Assembly: GCA_018242605.1 (NCBI GenBank)
Contig: JAFEBP010000010.1
Location: 54,354-118,353 of the forward strand
Reading direction: 5' to 3'
DNA from: Planctomycetota bacterium
GTDB lineage: Bacteria > Planctomycetota > Phycisphaerae > Phycisphaerales > UBA1924
DNA: 64,000 bases
The stretch's first letter is position 1. Each line of letters starts with the position of its first letter. Under the pieces are notes generated by a model, which had not been told where the DNA came from, ran no database searches, and saw only the letters and a program-made list of their open reading frames with translations. Shown piece by piece: positions 26,619 to 36,717 of this stretch. The translations under genes were made by a program, and so were the position numbers.

Positions 26619-28295
26619 ATGCCATCCTCCACATACACCACCCTCCCCGCCGACACCAATCAGGCCCTCGGACTCGCCCAGTACGCCATCGACTTCATGT
26701 CCGATGACTCGCCGAACTCCGGCCAGCCCGACGCCTCCGTCCTCGAGCGCATCAACCTCTTCCACACCGACGCCTGCCTCTGCGGCGTCTCCGCCATCGC
26801 GCTCGGGACCAACGCACCCGTCCTCCTCCGCCAGGAAGCCCTCGAGTACCGCACACCCGCCAGCGGCTTCGGCACGCTCCGCGGCGTTCCCTGGGCCTCC
26901 GGCTGCGTCCGCTCCGGCGTCCCCATCTTCGGCAGCTCCGTCGATGTCGCCGTCGAGAAGGCCATCGTCGCAAACTGCGCCGCCGTCCGCGAGTGGGACA
27001 GCAACGGCACCAACTTCGGTTACAACCCCACCCTCGGCCACACCGCCGGTGAGTTCGGGCACAACGACTTCTACTCCGTCGCCGTCGCCGCGGCACAGCT
27101 CCGCGGCAAGAGCGGCGCGTACGCCCTGAAGGGCATGATCCTCCTGGACGAGATCCGCGGCCGCCTCGCCGAGGTCTTCTCCCTCAAGTCCTACAAGATC
27201 GACCACGTCGTCCACGGCGCCATCGGCTCCGCCGCCACCTTCGGCGCCATGATGGGCGCCACCGCCGAGCAGATCGAGTCCGCCATCGGCATGGTCGTCG
27301 CCCATTACATCCCCTTCCGCGCCATCCGCGCCGGCAAGCAGCTCTCCGACAGCAAGGGCGCCTCCGCCGCCATCAGCACCGAGGCCGCCATCCTCTCCGT
27401 CAAGCGCAGCATGGCCGGCTTCCTGGGCCCGCGCGATATCTTCCGCAACCCCGAGGCCATCTTCCGCCTCTTTGAGGGCCCCGGCCAGCTCTTCCGCAAG
27501 GTCGAGAGCGCGGGCACCGGCATCCCCACCGCCCGCGAAGGCAAGGCCTACGCCAGCCCCTTCGAACTCGTCCTCGCCCGCACCGGCGACGACTTCGCCG
27601 TCATGGGCATGCACTTCAAGCTCGGCCTGTACGAGCACCAGTCCGCCGGCGCGCTCCAGGGCCTCATCAACCTCATCAACGCCCACCCGCACCTGCTCGA
27701 CGGCCAGTCCGGCGACCGCATCGCCAAGATCGTCGTCCGCGCCTACGAACCCGCCTTCGGCATCATCGGCGACCCCGCCAAGCGCGACCCCAAGACGCGC
27801 CAGTCCGCCGACCACTCGATGCTCTACCTCGTCTGCTCCAAGCTCCGCAAGGCGCTTGAACTCCACAGCGCCTCGAAGAAGCCCCTGGGCTGGAAGGAAC
27901 TCATGCTCCTTCCCTACGACTTTGAAGCCAAGGACCTCAAGGACCCCTTGACCCGCTCGCTCATGGAGAAGATGTCCTTCGAGCACGGCGGCCCCGAGTA
28001 CGACGCCAAGTACCCCGACGGCATCCCCACCTCCATGGTCATCACCGACGACGCCGGCAACTCCTACGACTCCGGCCTGGTCATGTACCCCGGCGGCCAC
28101 GCCCGCAACCACATGGGCCCCGACAAGATCGACCTCAAGGACGTCCTCACCCACAAGTTCGAGTGCCTGGGCTCCCTCGCCGTCGACGATGCCAAGGGCC
28201 TGGTCAAGCGCCTCAGCAACCTCGAAAAGAAGTCCCCCAAGGACGTCGCCGGCCTCTACGACTTCCCGCTCACCGTCAAAGCCAAGTTCGAGTAA
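26619..28295 (+). CDS. MmgE/PrpD-family protein (2-methylcitrate dehydratase-like)
   Basis: 558 aa with PrpD-type motifs (DHVVHGAIGSAAT, ADHSMLYLV). It is longer than typical PrpD of about 480 aa. Confidence 0.75.
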   Translation: MPSSTYTTLPADTNQALGLAQYAIDFMSDDSPNSGQPDASVLERINLFHTDACLCGVSAIALGTNAPVLLRQEALEYRTPASGFGTLRGVPWASGCVRSGVPIFGSSVDVAVEKAIVANCAAVREWDSNGTNFGYNPTLGHTAGEFGHNDFYSVAVAAAQLRGKSGAYALKGMILLDEIRGRLAEVFSLKSYKIDHVVHGAIGSAATFGAMMGATAEQIESAIGMVVAHYIPFRAIRAGKQLSDSKGASAAISTEAAILSVKRSMAGFLGPRDIFRNPEAIFRLFEGPGQLFRKVESAGTGIPTAREGKAYASPFELVLARTGDDFAVMGMHFKLGLYEHQSAGALQGLINLINAHPHLLDGQSGDRIAKIVVRAYEPAFGIIGDPAKRDPKTRQSADHSMLYLVCSKLRKALELHSASKKPLGWKELMLLPYDFEAKDLKDPLTRSLMEKMSFEHGGPEYDAKYPDGIPTSMVITDDAGNSYDSGLVMYPGGHARNHMGPDKIDLKDVLTHKFECLGSLAVDDAKGLVKRLSNLEKKSPKDVAGLYDFPLTVKAKFE

Positions 28296-28336
28296 TCCCG
28301 CCCCCCATCACCGCCCCCCATCACCACACACCGACA

Positions 28337-28367
28337 CCGAGCGCCACTCAAGGCGCTCGGTTTTTTT
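28337..28367 (+). terminator. Rho-independent terminator after the PrpD-family gene
   Basis: CCGAGCGCC (28337-28345) pairs with GGCGCTCGG (28352-28360) around loop ACTCAA, followed by TTTTTTT. Confidence 0.8.
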
Positions 28368-28387
28368 ATCCTCGCCCGAGTGTCCTC

Positions 28388-28422
28388 CCTGATGCCCGAT
28401 GCCTCTTGCCTGATGCCTTCCC
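28388..28422 (+). repeat. Array of 5 imperfect pyrimidine-rich heptads
   Basis: CCTGATG CCCGATG CCTCTTG CCTGATG CCTTCCC. It lies between the terminator and the 3' end of lepB copy 1. Confidence 0.6.
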
Positions 28423-28424
28423 CA

Positions 28425-30140
28425 TCACCAAATCCACCGCATGTGCCCCACATCCGGCACCGGCATCCGCCCCTGCTTGATCGGCGCCGGGAAATACACG
28501 AAGAACGCCTTGCCGATCAGCAGATCGCGGTTCACCACGCCCGTCGTGGGGTCCAGCTTCGCCACCCACGGGTGCGGCTTGTCCCACAAGCGCCCGTCCA
28601 GGCTCTGCGGGCTGTTGTCCCCGCACGTGAAGTACTGGTACGGCCCCAGCGTCAACGTCGATGACGGGTGCGTCGCCAGCGCGGGCTGCCGCGCCCGCGA
28701 GTGCGGCTCGGTCGCGTCCCCCACCCGGTACGTATCCGCCTGGTAGTGCACATCCCGCGACAGCGCCACCTGGTACAGCGAAAACGCCCCGCCCTCGAAC
28801 TCGAACCGCGCCTTGGGCCGCGTGTAGTTCTCCGCCACCGTCATCGTCTCGCTCCCCCGCGCCGCCTCGTCCAGCGTCATGTTCATCGCGAACTTCACCC
28901 GCTCCGCCGGCGTCCAGTCGTAGTCATACCGGCACAGCAGTTCATCCCCGTCCCACAACTGCAGCGATTGATCCACGTGCCAAAAGTCCAGCGTCGTCAC
29001 CTTCCCCGCTTCCATGTTCACCGGCCGAGCCCCGTGCGCCACCTGCACCCACGGCTCCCACCCCCGCCCATCCTGCGTCGGCCGGCGGGATTCAATCACC
29101 GGCGCACCGTCCCCCAGCCTCGCGCGGAACTCATGCCCCCGCGCCGTCACCACCGCCGACACCTTCTGCCCCGCCGTCCGAGGACGGATCGCCAGCGACA
29201 TTCTCAGATCGCTCACCGGGAACACATGGAACGCCGCGCTCCCGTTGTCGTTGTACGCGTACGTGTCGTCGATCGGCCGACGCGCCGTGTCCCACTGCAA
29301 CTGCGTCGGCCCCTGCCCCTTGTACTCATACTCCGTCCGCCCCTCCACCTTCCAATCCCCACCCGATTCTCCCACGCCCACCGGAACCCACGGCGGCTTG
29401 AACCACGTTTCCAGCCCCATCGTCGGCGTCAGCGGCTCCCATTGGCTGTCGAACAGCAACTGCCACATCGCCCGCTGCGCCCGCTCCGGCTTTCTGCAGA
29501 TGCTCCACCCCGGCAGCTTCCAGGGGTTCGGCTCCGACGCATCCCCCGCCGTCGGCGTGCGCACGAACACATCCCCGTCGATGATCGCCAGCATCTCGCC
29601 CGGCTGCCCCAGCAGCCGCTTGATGTAGTTCACGCCCGGGTCCCGCGGATTCTTGAACACCACCACGTCGAACCGCCCCGGATCGAACACCGAGTACAGA
29701 TACTTCATCACGAAGATCCGGTCGCCCCAGTGCGTAGGCACGTTCACCTCGTGCATCGGCCACCCGCTCATCGGGTCGCGCACGTCGATCGGCGGGAACG
29801 ATCCCAGCGGCACCGTCGGGTCCGCGGGGTCGTAGTACTGCGCCGCCTGCACGGGCTGCGGTGAGATCCCGTCATCCCGCATGTCCCGCGGCGACACCGC
29901 CCACTCATACCCCGTCTGCGGGCTCCTGAACTGCATGTGCGCGCCCCGAAGCGTCGGCGCCATCGAGCCCGTGGGAATCAGGAACGCCTCCACCACGAAC
30001 CCGCGGAACACGAACGCCATCACGAACGCGATGATCACCGCCGTCACCGTCTCCTTGATCGCGTGCCGATACGGCGCCGGGTGCCCTTCCTCCGCCGCGG
30101 CGTGTATCATCGAGGTTGTCCCGGTTTCTTCAGCAGACAC
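28425..30140 (-). CDS. lepB: Signal peptidase I (S26 family), unusually long, copy 1
   Basis: TM (VTAVIIAFVMAFVF) followed by the catalytic Ser box IPTGSMAPTLRG. The Lys box is NYIKRLLGQPGE, and GDNSPQSLDGRLWD lies near the C-terminus. 571 aa from a GTG start; E. coli LepB, as I recall, is about 324 aa. Confidence 0.85.
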   Translation of the reverse strand: MSAEETGTTSMIHAAAEEGHPAPYRHAIKETVTAVIIAFVMAFVFRGFVVEAFLIPTGSMAPTLRGAHMQFRSPQTGYEWAVSPRDMRDDGISPQPVQAAQYYDPADPTVPLGSFPPIDVRDPMSGWPMHEVNVPTHWGDRIFVMKYLYSVFDPGRFDVVVFKNPRDPGVNYIKRLLGQPGEMLAIIDGDVFVRTPTAGDASEPNPWKLPGWSICRKPERAQRAMWQLLFDSQWEPLTPTMGLETWFKPPWVPVGVGESGGDWKVEGRTEYEYKGQGPTQLQWDTARRPIDDTYAYNDNGSAAFHVFPVSDLRMSLAIRPRTAGQKVSAVVTARGHEFRARLGDGAPVIESRRPTQDGRGWEPWVQVAHGARPVNMEAGKVTTLDFWHVDQSLQLWDGDELLCRYDYDWTPAERVKFAMNMTLDEAARGSETMTVAENYTRPKARFEFEGGAFSLYQVALSRDVHYQADTYRVGDATEPHSRARQPALATHPSSTLTLGPYQYFTCGDNSPQSLDGRLWDKPHPWVAKLDPTTGVVNRDLLIGKAFFVYFPAPIKQGRMPVPDVGHMRWIW

Positions 30141-30337
30141 GTCGTGTTCCCGGCCGACCCTGCGCGTTCACGTTTGTTCGGCGTTCCGCCGCCGCGGGTT
30201 TCGATTGTTCGCACAGTAGCCCCCCACAGCCCCAACCCCACATAGGTGATGCGCCCCCGCGCCACTCAGGTGAATCCCCGCTCCCACTTCTTCATTCCCC
30301 AATGTCCCGCGTTCCCCGTTCCCCAACCGCCCGCCCC

Positions 30338-30343
30338 TACGCT
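30338..30343 (+). promoter_or_regulatory. -10-like box (TACGCT) 5 nt upstream of GTG 30349
   Basis: Recurrent TAnnnT-spacer-start pattern. Confidence 0.35.
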
Positions 30344-30348
30344 CCCCC

Positions 30349-31752
30349 GTGCCCGAGTTTGTCGCCCGCTCGCCCATGCCTGTTCCCGCCGCGGACCTTT
30401 TCGCGTGGCACGCCCGCCCCGGAGCGTTCGAGCGCCTCATGCCGCCCTGGGAGCAACTGCGCATCATCCGCCGCGCCGGCGGAATCCAGGACGGCGCCAC
30501 CCTCACCTTCGCCGCGAAAAAGGGCCCCCTGTGGCTCCCGTGGGAAGCCCGCCACACCGGCTACATCGAGGGCTCCCAGTTCTGCGATGAGCAGGTCAAG
30601 GGCCCCATGGCCTTCTGGCGCCACACCCACCGCTGCCTCCCCGGCGACACGCCCAACACCAGCATCCTTGAAGACCTCGTCGAGTACCGCCTCCCCGGCG
30701 GCCGCGTCGGCCAGGCCCTCGGCAACGCCCACATGCAGGCCCTGCTCGCCCGCATGTTCACCTTCCGCCACGAGCGCACGCGCCTGGACCTCGCGCGTCA
30801 CGCCGGCGTCCCCCGCATGCGCATCGTCATGACCGGCGCCTCGGGCGCCATCGGCGGCGCACTCCTGCACTTCCTCACCACCGGTGGCCACCGCGTCCAG
30901 CGCCTCGTCCGCAGAAAAGCCGACGAGGCCGCCGGCGAGATCTTCTGGCAGCCCGGCGCAGGCCTCCGCGGCGGGCAGATCGACGACGCCGCACTCGAAG
31001 GCGTCGACGCCGTGATCCACCTCGCCGGAGAGAGCGTCGCCAAAGGCCGATGGACCGCCGCCAAAAAGGAAGCCATCCGCGCCAGCCGCGTCGAGGGCAC
31101 CCGCCTCCTCGCCCGCGCCCTCGCCAACCTCCGGCACAAGCCCAGATGCCTCATCGTCGCCAGCGGCATCCACTACTACGGCGACCGCGGCGACCAGGAA
31201 CTCACCGAAGAAGCCGGCATCGGCAGCGGCTTCCTCGCCGAAGTCTCCCGCGAGTGGGAAGCCGCCGACGAACCCGCCCGCCAGGCCGGCATCCGCGTCG
31301 TCAACCTCCGCGTGGGCGTCGTCCTCTCCGCCAAGGCCGGAATGCTCAAGGCCGGCCTGCGCCCCGCACGCCTCGGCCTCGCCAGCATCCTCGGCCGCGG
31401 CAGCCAATGGTGGTCCTGGATCGGCCAGGACGATCTCCTGGGCGCCATCCTCCACACGCTTACCACCGAGTCCATCCGCGGCGGCGTCAACGCCGTCACC
31501 CCCAGCCCCGTGCCCATGCACGAGTTCGCCTCCGCCATCGCCGCCCACGTCGGCCGCCCCCTCTTCGCCCGCTTCCCCGGCTGGCTCCTCCACGCCGCGC
31601 TGGGCGAAAAAGTCGACCCCCTCCTCGCCAGCACCCGCGCCGTCCCCGATGCCCTGCGCCGCAGCGGCTTCCGCTTCACACACCCGCTCCTCCCCGACGC
31701 CCTCGCCTGGGAACTCGGCTCGCCCCCGCGTCCACCCACCGGCGATCTCTAG
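30349..31752 (+). CDS. SRPBCC-domain protein fused to TIGR01777 (YfcH-like) NAD-dependent epimerase-family domain
   Basis: The N-terminal about 150 aa are SRPBCC/cyclase-like (LFAWHARPGAFERLMPPWE). A Rossmann motif VMTGASGAIGGAL follows, then a DUF1731-like C-terminus (ALRRSGFRFTHP). Confidence 0.8.
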   Translation: MPEFVARSPMPVPAADLFAWHARPGAFERLMPPWEQLRIIRRAGGIQDGATLTFAAKKGPLWLPWEARHTGYIEGSQFCDEQVKGPMAFWRHTHRCLPGDTPNTSILEDLVEYRLPGGRVGQALGNAHMQALLARMFTFRHERTRLDLARHAGVPRMRIVMTGASGAIGGALLHFLTTGGHRVQRLVRRKADEAAGEIFWQPGAGLRGGQIDDAALEGVDAVIHLAGESVAKGRWTAAKKEAIRASRVEGTRLLARALANLRHKPRCLIVASGIHYYGDRGDQELTEEAGIGSGFLAEVSREWEAADEPARQAGIRVVNLRVGVVLSAKAGMLKAGLRPARLGLASILGRGSQWWSWIGQDDLLGAILHTLTTESIRGGVNAVTPSPVPMHEFASAIAAHVGRPLFARFPGWLLHAALGEKVDPLLASTRAVPDALRRSGFRFTHPLLPDALAWELGSPPRPPTGDL

Positions 31753-31761
31753 CCTCACTCC

Positions 31762-31767
31762 TATCCT
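31762..31767 (+). promoter_or_regulatory. -10-like box (TATCCT) 5 nt upstream of ATG 31773
   Basis: Recurrent TAnnnT-spacer-start pattern. Confidence 0.35.
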
Positions 31768-31772
31768 CCCCC

Positions 31773-32339
31773 ATGGCCACGGCCGCGACCTTCCCCACAC
31801 TCCCTGAGGCCGCGGCTGCCGCCGAGTACCTCATCCGCAGCGGCATCCTCGCCTCCGCCGCTCAAGTCAACGACGTGTGGAAGGGCTCCTCGGCCCGCGT
31901 CGAAGTCAATCAGAGCGATCTCGAACGCGCCCGCGCACTCATGGATGAGTTCCACAAGGAAAAGGCCGACCTCCAGGACGACTGGGAGGACCAGACCCGC
32001 CCCGACCTGTCCGCGCTCGATCCCGCTCTGGCCCCCGCCTGCCCCAACTGCCGCTCCATCCTCCCGCTCGATGCATCCCTCGCCAACTGCCCCGCCTGCC
32101 GCGAGCCCGTCGATGTCGTTTCCCTCATCGTCGCCCGCCACGGGCCCGAAGCGCTCGACGCCTGCTATGAGCCTCACGACCTCAACCTCAACGAGCGCGA
32201 GCTCGAAGACCTCCACGCATCCTGCGCCTGCGGTTACTCGCTCCATGGCCTGCCCGGCACCGGCACCTGCCCCGAGTGCGGCGCACCCTACAACAAGATC
32301 GGCCCCCTCTTCGGCGACCGACGCGATGAACAGCCTTGA
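31773..32339 (+). CDS. Hypothetical protein with DUF2007-like N-terminal domain and two Cys4 zinc-ribbon-like motifs
   Basis: 188 aa. Cys motifs are CPNCRS...CPACRE and CACGYS...CPECGAPY. The N-terminal pattern EAAAAAEYLIRSGILA...VEVNQSDLERARALM resembles DUF2007. Confidence 0.6.
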   Translation: MATAATFPTLPEAAAAAEYLIRSGILASAAQVNDVWKGSSARVEVNQSDLERARALMDEFHKEKADLQDDWEDQTRPDLSALDPALAPACPNCRSILPLDASLANCPACREPVDVVSLIVARHGPEALDACYEPHDLNLNERELEDLHASCACGYSLHGLPGTGTCPECGAPYNKIGPLFGDRRDEQP

Positions 32340-32365
32340 ACCACCCGCGTCAGTCCCCCGCGAAC

Positions 32366-32371
32366 TACCCT
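32366..32371 (+). promoter_or_regulatory. -10-like box (TACCCT) 13 nt upstream of dxr ATG
   Basis: Recurrent TAnnnT-spacer-start pattern. Confidence 0.35.
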
Positions 32372-32384
32372 CCCTGTTCACCGC

Positions 32385-33569
32385 ATGAAACGCCGCCTCA
32401 TCATCCTCGGCTCCACCGGCTCCATCGGCACCCAGACCCTGGAAGTCGTTGAGCACCTCAACAACCTGCACCGCCAGGGCCAGTTCCCGTACGAGTACAC
32501 CGTCGTCGGCCTCGCCGCGGGCACCAACTCGCAGCTCGCCTTCGCTCAGGCCGCCGCCACCGGCGCCCGGCACGTCGCCCTCGCCGCCCCCGCCTCCGCG
32601 CCCGGCGGCATCACCCTGCTGGAAGGCCCCAGCGCCGCCGAGCAACTCGTCCGCCGCGTCGAGTGCGATGTCGTCCTCGCCGCCGTCGTCGGCGCCGCCG
32701 GCCTGCCCGCCACCCTCGCCGCCGTTGAACTCGGCCGGCAGGTCGCCCTCGCCAACAAGGAAACCCTTGTCGCCGCGGGCTCCCTCGTCATTCCCGCGGC
32801 GAGAAAATCCGGCTCCACCCTCCTGCCCGTCGATAGCGAGCACGCCGGCGTCTGGCAGTGCCTCCCCAACCACGCCGGCCCCGCCGCGCCCCCCGGCTGC
32901 GCCGACCACGCCATCACCCGCGTCGTCCTCACCGCCAGCGGCGGCCCTTTCCGCACTTGGGAGCGCGCCGCGATGCAGGCCGCCACCCCCGAGCAGGCCC
33001 TCAAGCACCCCACGTGGACCATGGGCCGCAAGGTCACCATCGACTCTGCCTCGCTCATGAACAAGGCCCTGGAACTCATCGAGGCCCACTGGCTCTTCGG
33101 CCTCCCCGCCGATCGGCTCGGCGCGATCATCCACCCTCAGTCCATCGTGCACGCCATGGTCGATTACGCCGACGGCTCCACCATCGCCCAGCTCGGCGCG
33201 CCCGACATGCGCACGCCCATCCAGTACGCCCTCACCTGGCCCCACCGCGCGGACGGTGTCTCCAAGAAGATCGACTGGACCACGCTCACCTCCCTTGAGT
33301 TCCAGCAGATCGACCCCGCGCAGTTCCCCGCGCCCTCCCTCGCCCTGCGCGCCATCGAAACCGGCGGCGCGGCGGGCGCCATCCTCAACGCCGCGAACGA
33401 GATCGCCGTCGAGGCCTTCCTCGCTCGCCAGATCCCCTTCGGCCGCATCTCCACCCTCGTCGCCGAAACGCTCGACGCCCTCCCCCGCCGCGACATCGAC
33501 ACGCTGCAAGACTGCCTCACCGCCGACGCCGCCGCCCGCGACTGCGCCCGCAGCCGCCTCGCGGGCTGA
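32385..33569 (+). CDS. dxr: 1-deoxy-D-xylulose 5-phosphate reductoisomerase
   Basis: LIILGSTGSIGTQTL, LANKETLV, DSEH, HPTWTMG and the NAANE motif. Confidence 0.93.
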   Translation: MKRRLIILGSTGSIGTQTLEVVEHLNNLHRQGQFPYEYTVVGLAAGTNSQLAFAQAAATGARHVALAAPASAPGGITLLEGPSAAEQLVRRVECDVVLAAVVGAAGLPATLAAVELGRQVALANKETLVAAGSLVIPAARKSGSTLLPVDSEHAGVWQCLPNHAGPAAPPGCADHAITRVVLTASGGPFRTWERAAMQAATPEQALKHPTWTMGRKVTIDSASLMNKALELIEAHWLFGLPADRLGAIIHPQSIVHAMVDYADGSTIAQLGAPDMRTPIQYALTWPHRADGVSKKIDWTTLTSLEFQQIDPAQFPAPSLALRAIETGGAAGAILNAANEIAVEAFLARQIPFGRISTLVAETLDALPRRDIDTLQDCLTADAAARDCARSRLAG

Positions 33570-33744
33570 CCAACCTCCACACCGGCCACGACGCCCAGCC
33601 TAAGCGCAGGCTCTGCGAAGCGAAGACCGGGATCGCACGCAGCCATGAACTCGACTCGCTCGTCCCGCGTGCCACATACAGAATGCTGGCGTTGCCACGC
33701 CGCAACCCGCGCGTCCCGCCCAACAACCCCAAGCCAACTCCGAC

Positions 33745-33750
33745 TATCCT
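33745..33750 (+). promoter_or_regulatory. -10-like box (TATCCT) 7 nt upstream of ATG 33758
   Basis: Recurrent TAnnnT-spacer-start pattern. I used it to choose the start of the GNAT gene. Confidence 0.4.
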
Positions 33751-33757
33751 CACGCCG

Positions 33758-34318
33758 ATGCCCACGCCCCGCGACTGGATGACACTCTCGATCCGTCCCT
33801 GCGCAGTACCGCGGCACGCTCCCGCCGCGATCCCCGGCCTCCGCCCCTTCAAAACCTCGGACGCCGAAGCGCTCGCCCGACTCATGCTCGAGAGCTACCG
33901 CGGCAGCGTCGACGACGGCGGCGAGACGCTCGACGATGCACGGCGCGATGTGAACAAACTCATCGCCGACGACTTCGGCGCCATGGACTGGGGCGCTTCG
34001 ATCGTCGTGGAAGCCGGGGACATCCTCTCCTCCGCCACGATCGTCACACGCGACCGCGTAGCGCCCCCACCGCTCGCCGCGGGAGAGGCATTCCTCGCCT
34101 TCTCGATGACCGCGCCCGCGTGGAAGCGCCAAGGCCTCGCCCGGTCCGGCCTCTCCCACGTGATCGAACTCCTCCGATCCCGCGGCGAGCCAAGACTGCA
34201 CCTGGTCGTCACACGCACCAACACCCCCGCCGTGATGCTCTACCAATCCCTCGGCTTCGAGAACGGCCCCATCGGCGGTGAAGGCGGACCTCACCAGAGC
34301 GCACCGAGCGTGCAGTGA
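33758..34318 (+). CDS. GNAT-family N-acetyltransferase
   Basis: Acetyl-CoA binding region AFSMTAPAWKRQGLARSGLSHVIELL, then VVTRTNTPAVMLYQSLGF. The start is uncertain (33683, 33758 or 33779). Confidence 0.7.
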   Translation: MPTPRDWMTLSIRPCAVPRHAPAAIPGLRPFKTSDAEALARLMLESYRGSVDDGGETLDDARRDVNKLIADDFGAMDWGASIVVEAGDILSSATIVTRDRVAPPPLAAGEAFLAFSMTAPAWKRQGLARSGLSHVIELLRSRGEPRLHLVVTRTNTPAVMLYQSLGFENGPIGGEGGPHQSAPSVQ

Positions 34319-34512
34319 CGAGACCCGGAAGTTCCTTTGCTCTTGACCCCTGAACGACGGTGGCTGGAAATGATGGGAGACAAGTCCCCGGTCGGCACGG
34401 GTTCAAACCGTCCAATCCGGGCGTTCACCGGCACTCTGAGGTGGAACGAAGAAGATGTGGCCGCCGACGGGATGATCCCGAAAAACGCCCACGCCAACGC
34501 GGCAAGCGGGCG

Positions 34513-34644
34513 CGTGTGTACCTCACGGATGAGGCCCGCTTCGGGCAGCATGGCACGACGACGCCGATGTGGGCAAAAAAGGGAACTCGCTCCACCACGG
34601 TCAAGCAGACCGGGTACGAGTGGGTGTATCTCTTCGCCGCGGCG
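34513..34644 (+). pseudogene. IS630-family (DDE_3) transposase remnant
   Basis: RVYLTDEARFGQHGTTTPMWAKKGTRSTTVKQTGYEWVYLFAAA matches the catalytic-core start of IS630-type transposases (DE..fG..g...r.Wa.kG.r). No intact ORF or terminal repeats were recognised. The surroundings are AT-richer. Confidence 0.55.
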
Positions 34645-35276
34645 GCCGTACGCGTCGAAACGCGGGCTGGCGGCGTACGGGTTGGGCATCACGGTCTCCG
34701 GCGAACGCCTACGGATTGAGCGACAAGGAGCAGCCGTCATGGAGGGGGCGGGCGCAGTCTTTTTGAGTGCCCCGATTCACGCGCGGGGAGCGCTCGCGCT
34801 GAGTCCTTGATCACATCGCGTCAGAAGAGTCTGTGCATTCTCGGACCTATCGCCGCGAATGCATGTCCGGAATAATCACTTCATCTGTCGCGGTGTTTTG
34901 TGTTGCCGAGTACATTTCTGTGATGTGTATCTAGTGTGTTCGAACTGCGCGGGCGGAACCGCGCGTTGGCGTGGTTGTCCATGTCTTCCGCCCGAGCGCC
35001 TTGATTGCGGGGTCTCCATGCGGGCTTGCGTTTTCGTGCGCCGGATGCGGTCCAATCATCAGACATCTCGCCAAGCGGGGTTTCTCCACGCATCGGTACT
35101 CTTCGCGACGGCGCTGGGGGGAGCGGGTATGGCTGCGGCGCATCAGTTTGTGCCTGATCATCTCACCATGCACGTTGCCGACCCCCAGCCCGCAGGGATG
35201 GCGACAACGTCGGGCGTTCAGCTGTTCCTTGAACAACTCGCTGGGCAGCCATAATCACTCTTTTGAGGAGGGCGCT

Positions 35277-36434
35277 ATGGCAGCAACACAGGCATTTTCA
35301 TTCATGGCAGCGGTCGCGGTGGGGACACTGGGACACGTTTGGGCATCGACTCTCTACGTGCTCGCTCCTTCCCCACCTCCTTATAGCGACGGGCCATACA
35401 TCACTGCGATAACCGCGCGTGCCGAAACGGCGTTTGGAGTGGAGTTTACTTCGATCGTTCAGGCACGCTCCTTCCGCTGGACACCGGATTGGGGGCGTGT
35501 GCCATTTTTGGATGCGCCGAACAACTACTACTACGCAGCAGCCAGTGACGCCGCCGGCGCCCGAACAGCCGGCATCGGACTGGAGCAGATTCAGACCGGC
35601 GCGCAGCGCATTACCGCGGTGATTCGCGACAGCGACGGCACCTACACCTCGCTCGGACGATCCGATGCGTACCGATCGTCGCGAGCGGTGGACATCAGCG
35701 CCGATGGTCAAACCGTCGTCGGCGATATCTACCAGACACGGCCCGACGGCAACGAAATCGGCCGCCCCTTCATCTGGACCGCGGCAACGGGGCGCGTGGA
35801 TTTGCCGCATGCAATCGACGGTAATCCGTTCTTCCTCCGCACCCACTTCTCCGCCATCAGCGCCGACGGGCGTGTCGCTGTCGGCGACTCCAATGAATAC
35901 GCATTTCGCTGGACCGCGGCCAACGGCTACGACTTTCTGAGCACGCCCGCCGGCGCCCAAGGCGCATACTTGGCCACCGATGTCAGCGCCGACGGATCGG
36001 TCATTGTGGGCAAAGCGGTGACGCTCGCCGGAGATTCCGTGGCCGCCTATTGGGACGGCAATAACGTCGGCCACATCCTTGACGCCCGTTGGATCAACGC
36101 AACAGCACTGCACTGCAGCGCCGATGCAGCGGTGATTTCCGGCTTCGGTGTGCAGCCGGGCGGTACGACGCAGGCCTGGATCTGGACTCGGGCCACCGGA
36201 GTGATGGCCGCGACCCAGTTCCTGCGCGACAACGGCATCAACATCCCCACGGGCTACATGGTCAACTCGATCACCGCAATCTCCCCGGATGGAACCGCCT
36301 TCGGCGGCTCGGCAGTCACCGCCGATGGTCAATCATATTTCTACTTCATCGCGACCGTGCCGACTCCTTCCGCGGGCGGGCTGCTTCTGGGAGCCGCGGT
36401 GTTGTACGGGCGCAGGCGCAGACGGCGACGATGA
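35277..36434 (+). CDS. HAF-type repeat protein with PEP-CTERM-like C-terminal sorting tail
   Basis: GAGGAGG SD upstream of ATG 35277. Repeats are ISADGQTVVGD, ISADGRVAVGD, VSADGSVIVGK and ISPDGTAFGGS. The tail is VPTPSAGGLLLGAAVLYGRRRRRRR. Confidence 0.75.
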   Translation: MAATQAFSFMAAVAVGTLGHVWASTLYVLAPSPPPYSDGPYITAITARAETAFGVEFTSIVQARSFRWTPDWGRVPFLDAPNNYYYAAASDAAGARTAGIGLEQIQTGAQRITAVIRDSDGTYTSLGRSDAYRSSRAVDISADGQTVVGDIYQTRPDGNEIGRPFIWTAATGRVDLPHAIDGNPFFLRTHFSAISADGRVAVGDSNEYAFRWTAANGYDFLSTPAGAQGAYLATDVSADGSVIVGKAVTLAGDSVAAYWDGNNVGHILDARWINATALHCSADAAVISGFGVQPGGTTQAWIWTRATGVMAATQFLRDNGINIPTGYMVNSITAISPDGTAFGGSAVTADGQSYFYFIATVPTPSAGGLLLGAAVLYGRRRRRRR

Positions 36435-36689
36435 CCACCTTCCCACATTGATGACGCCACACTCGGAGCGAATCTCGACTCCGCATTCCCCGAGACATGC
36501 ACTCAATAGGAACGCCTGTGAGTGAGCGCAATCGCGATGGGCGTCCACGACGGCGGCGATCGCTCAACGCAAACGACTCTGCCTCAACCATCGCACTCAT
36601 CGACCCCATAGTTTGCGGCTATGAAATCTCCTAACCCAAGCACCGACAATCACTTAACCCACAATTTGACGCCTATCCGTACAAATCCC

Positions 36690-36717
36690 TTGCAATACCA
36701 CTCAAAATCCGTACAAT
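36690..36717 (+). promoter_or_regulatory. Sigma70-type promoter (TTGCAA-16 nt-TACAAT)
   Basis: TTGCAA at 36690-36695, a 16-nt spacer, and TACAAT at 36712-36717. GTG 36727 follows 9 nt later. Confidence 0.55.
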
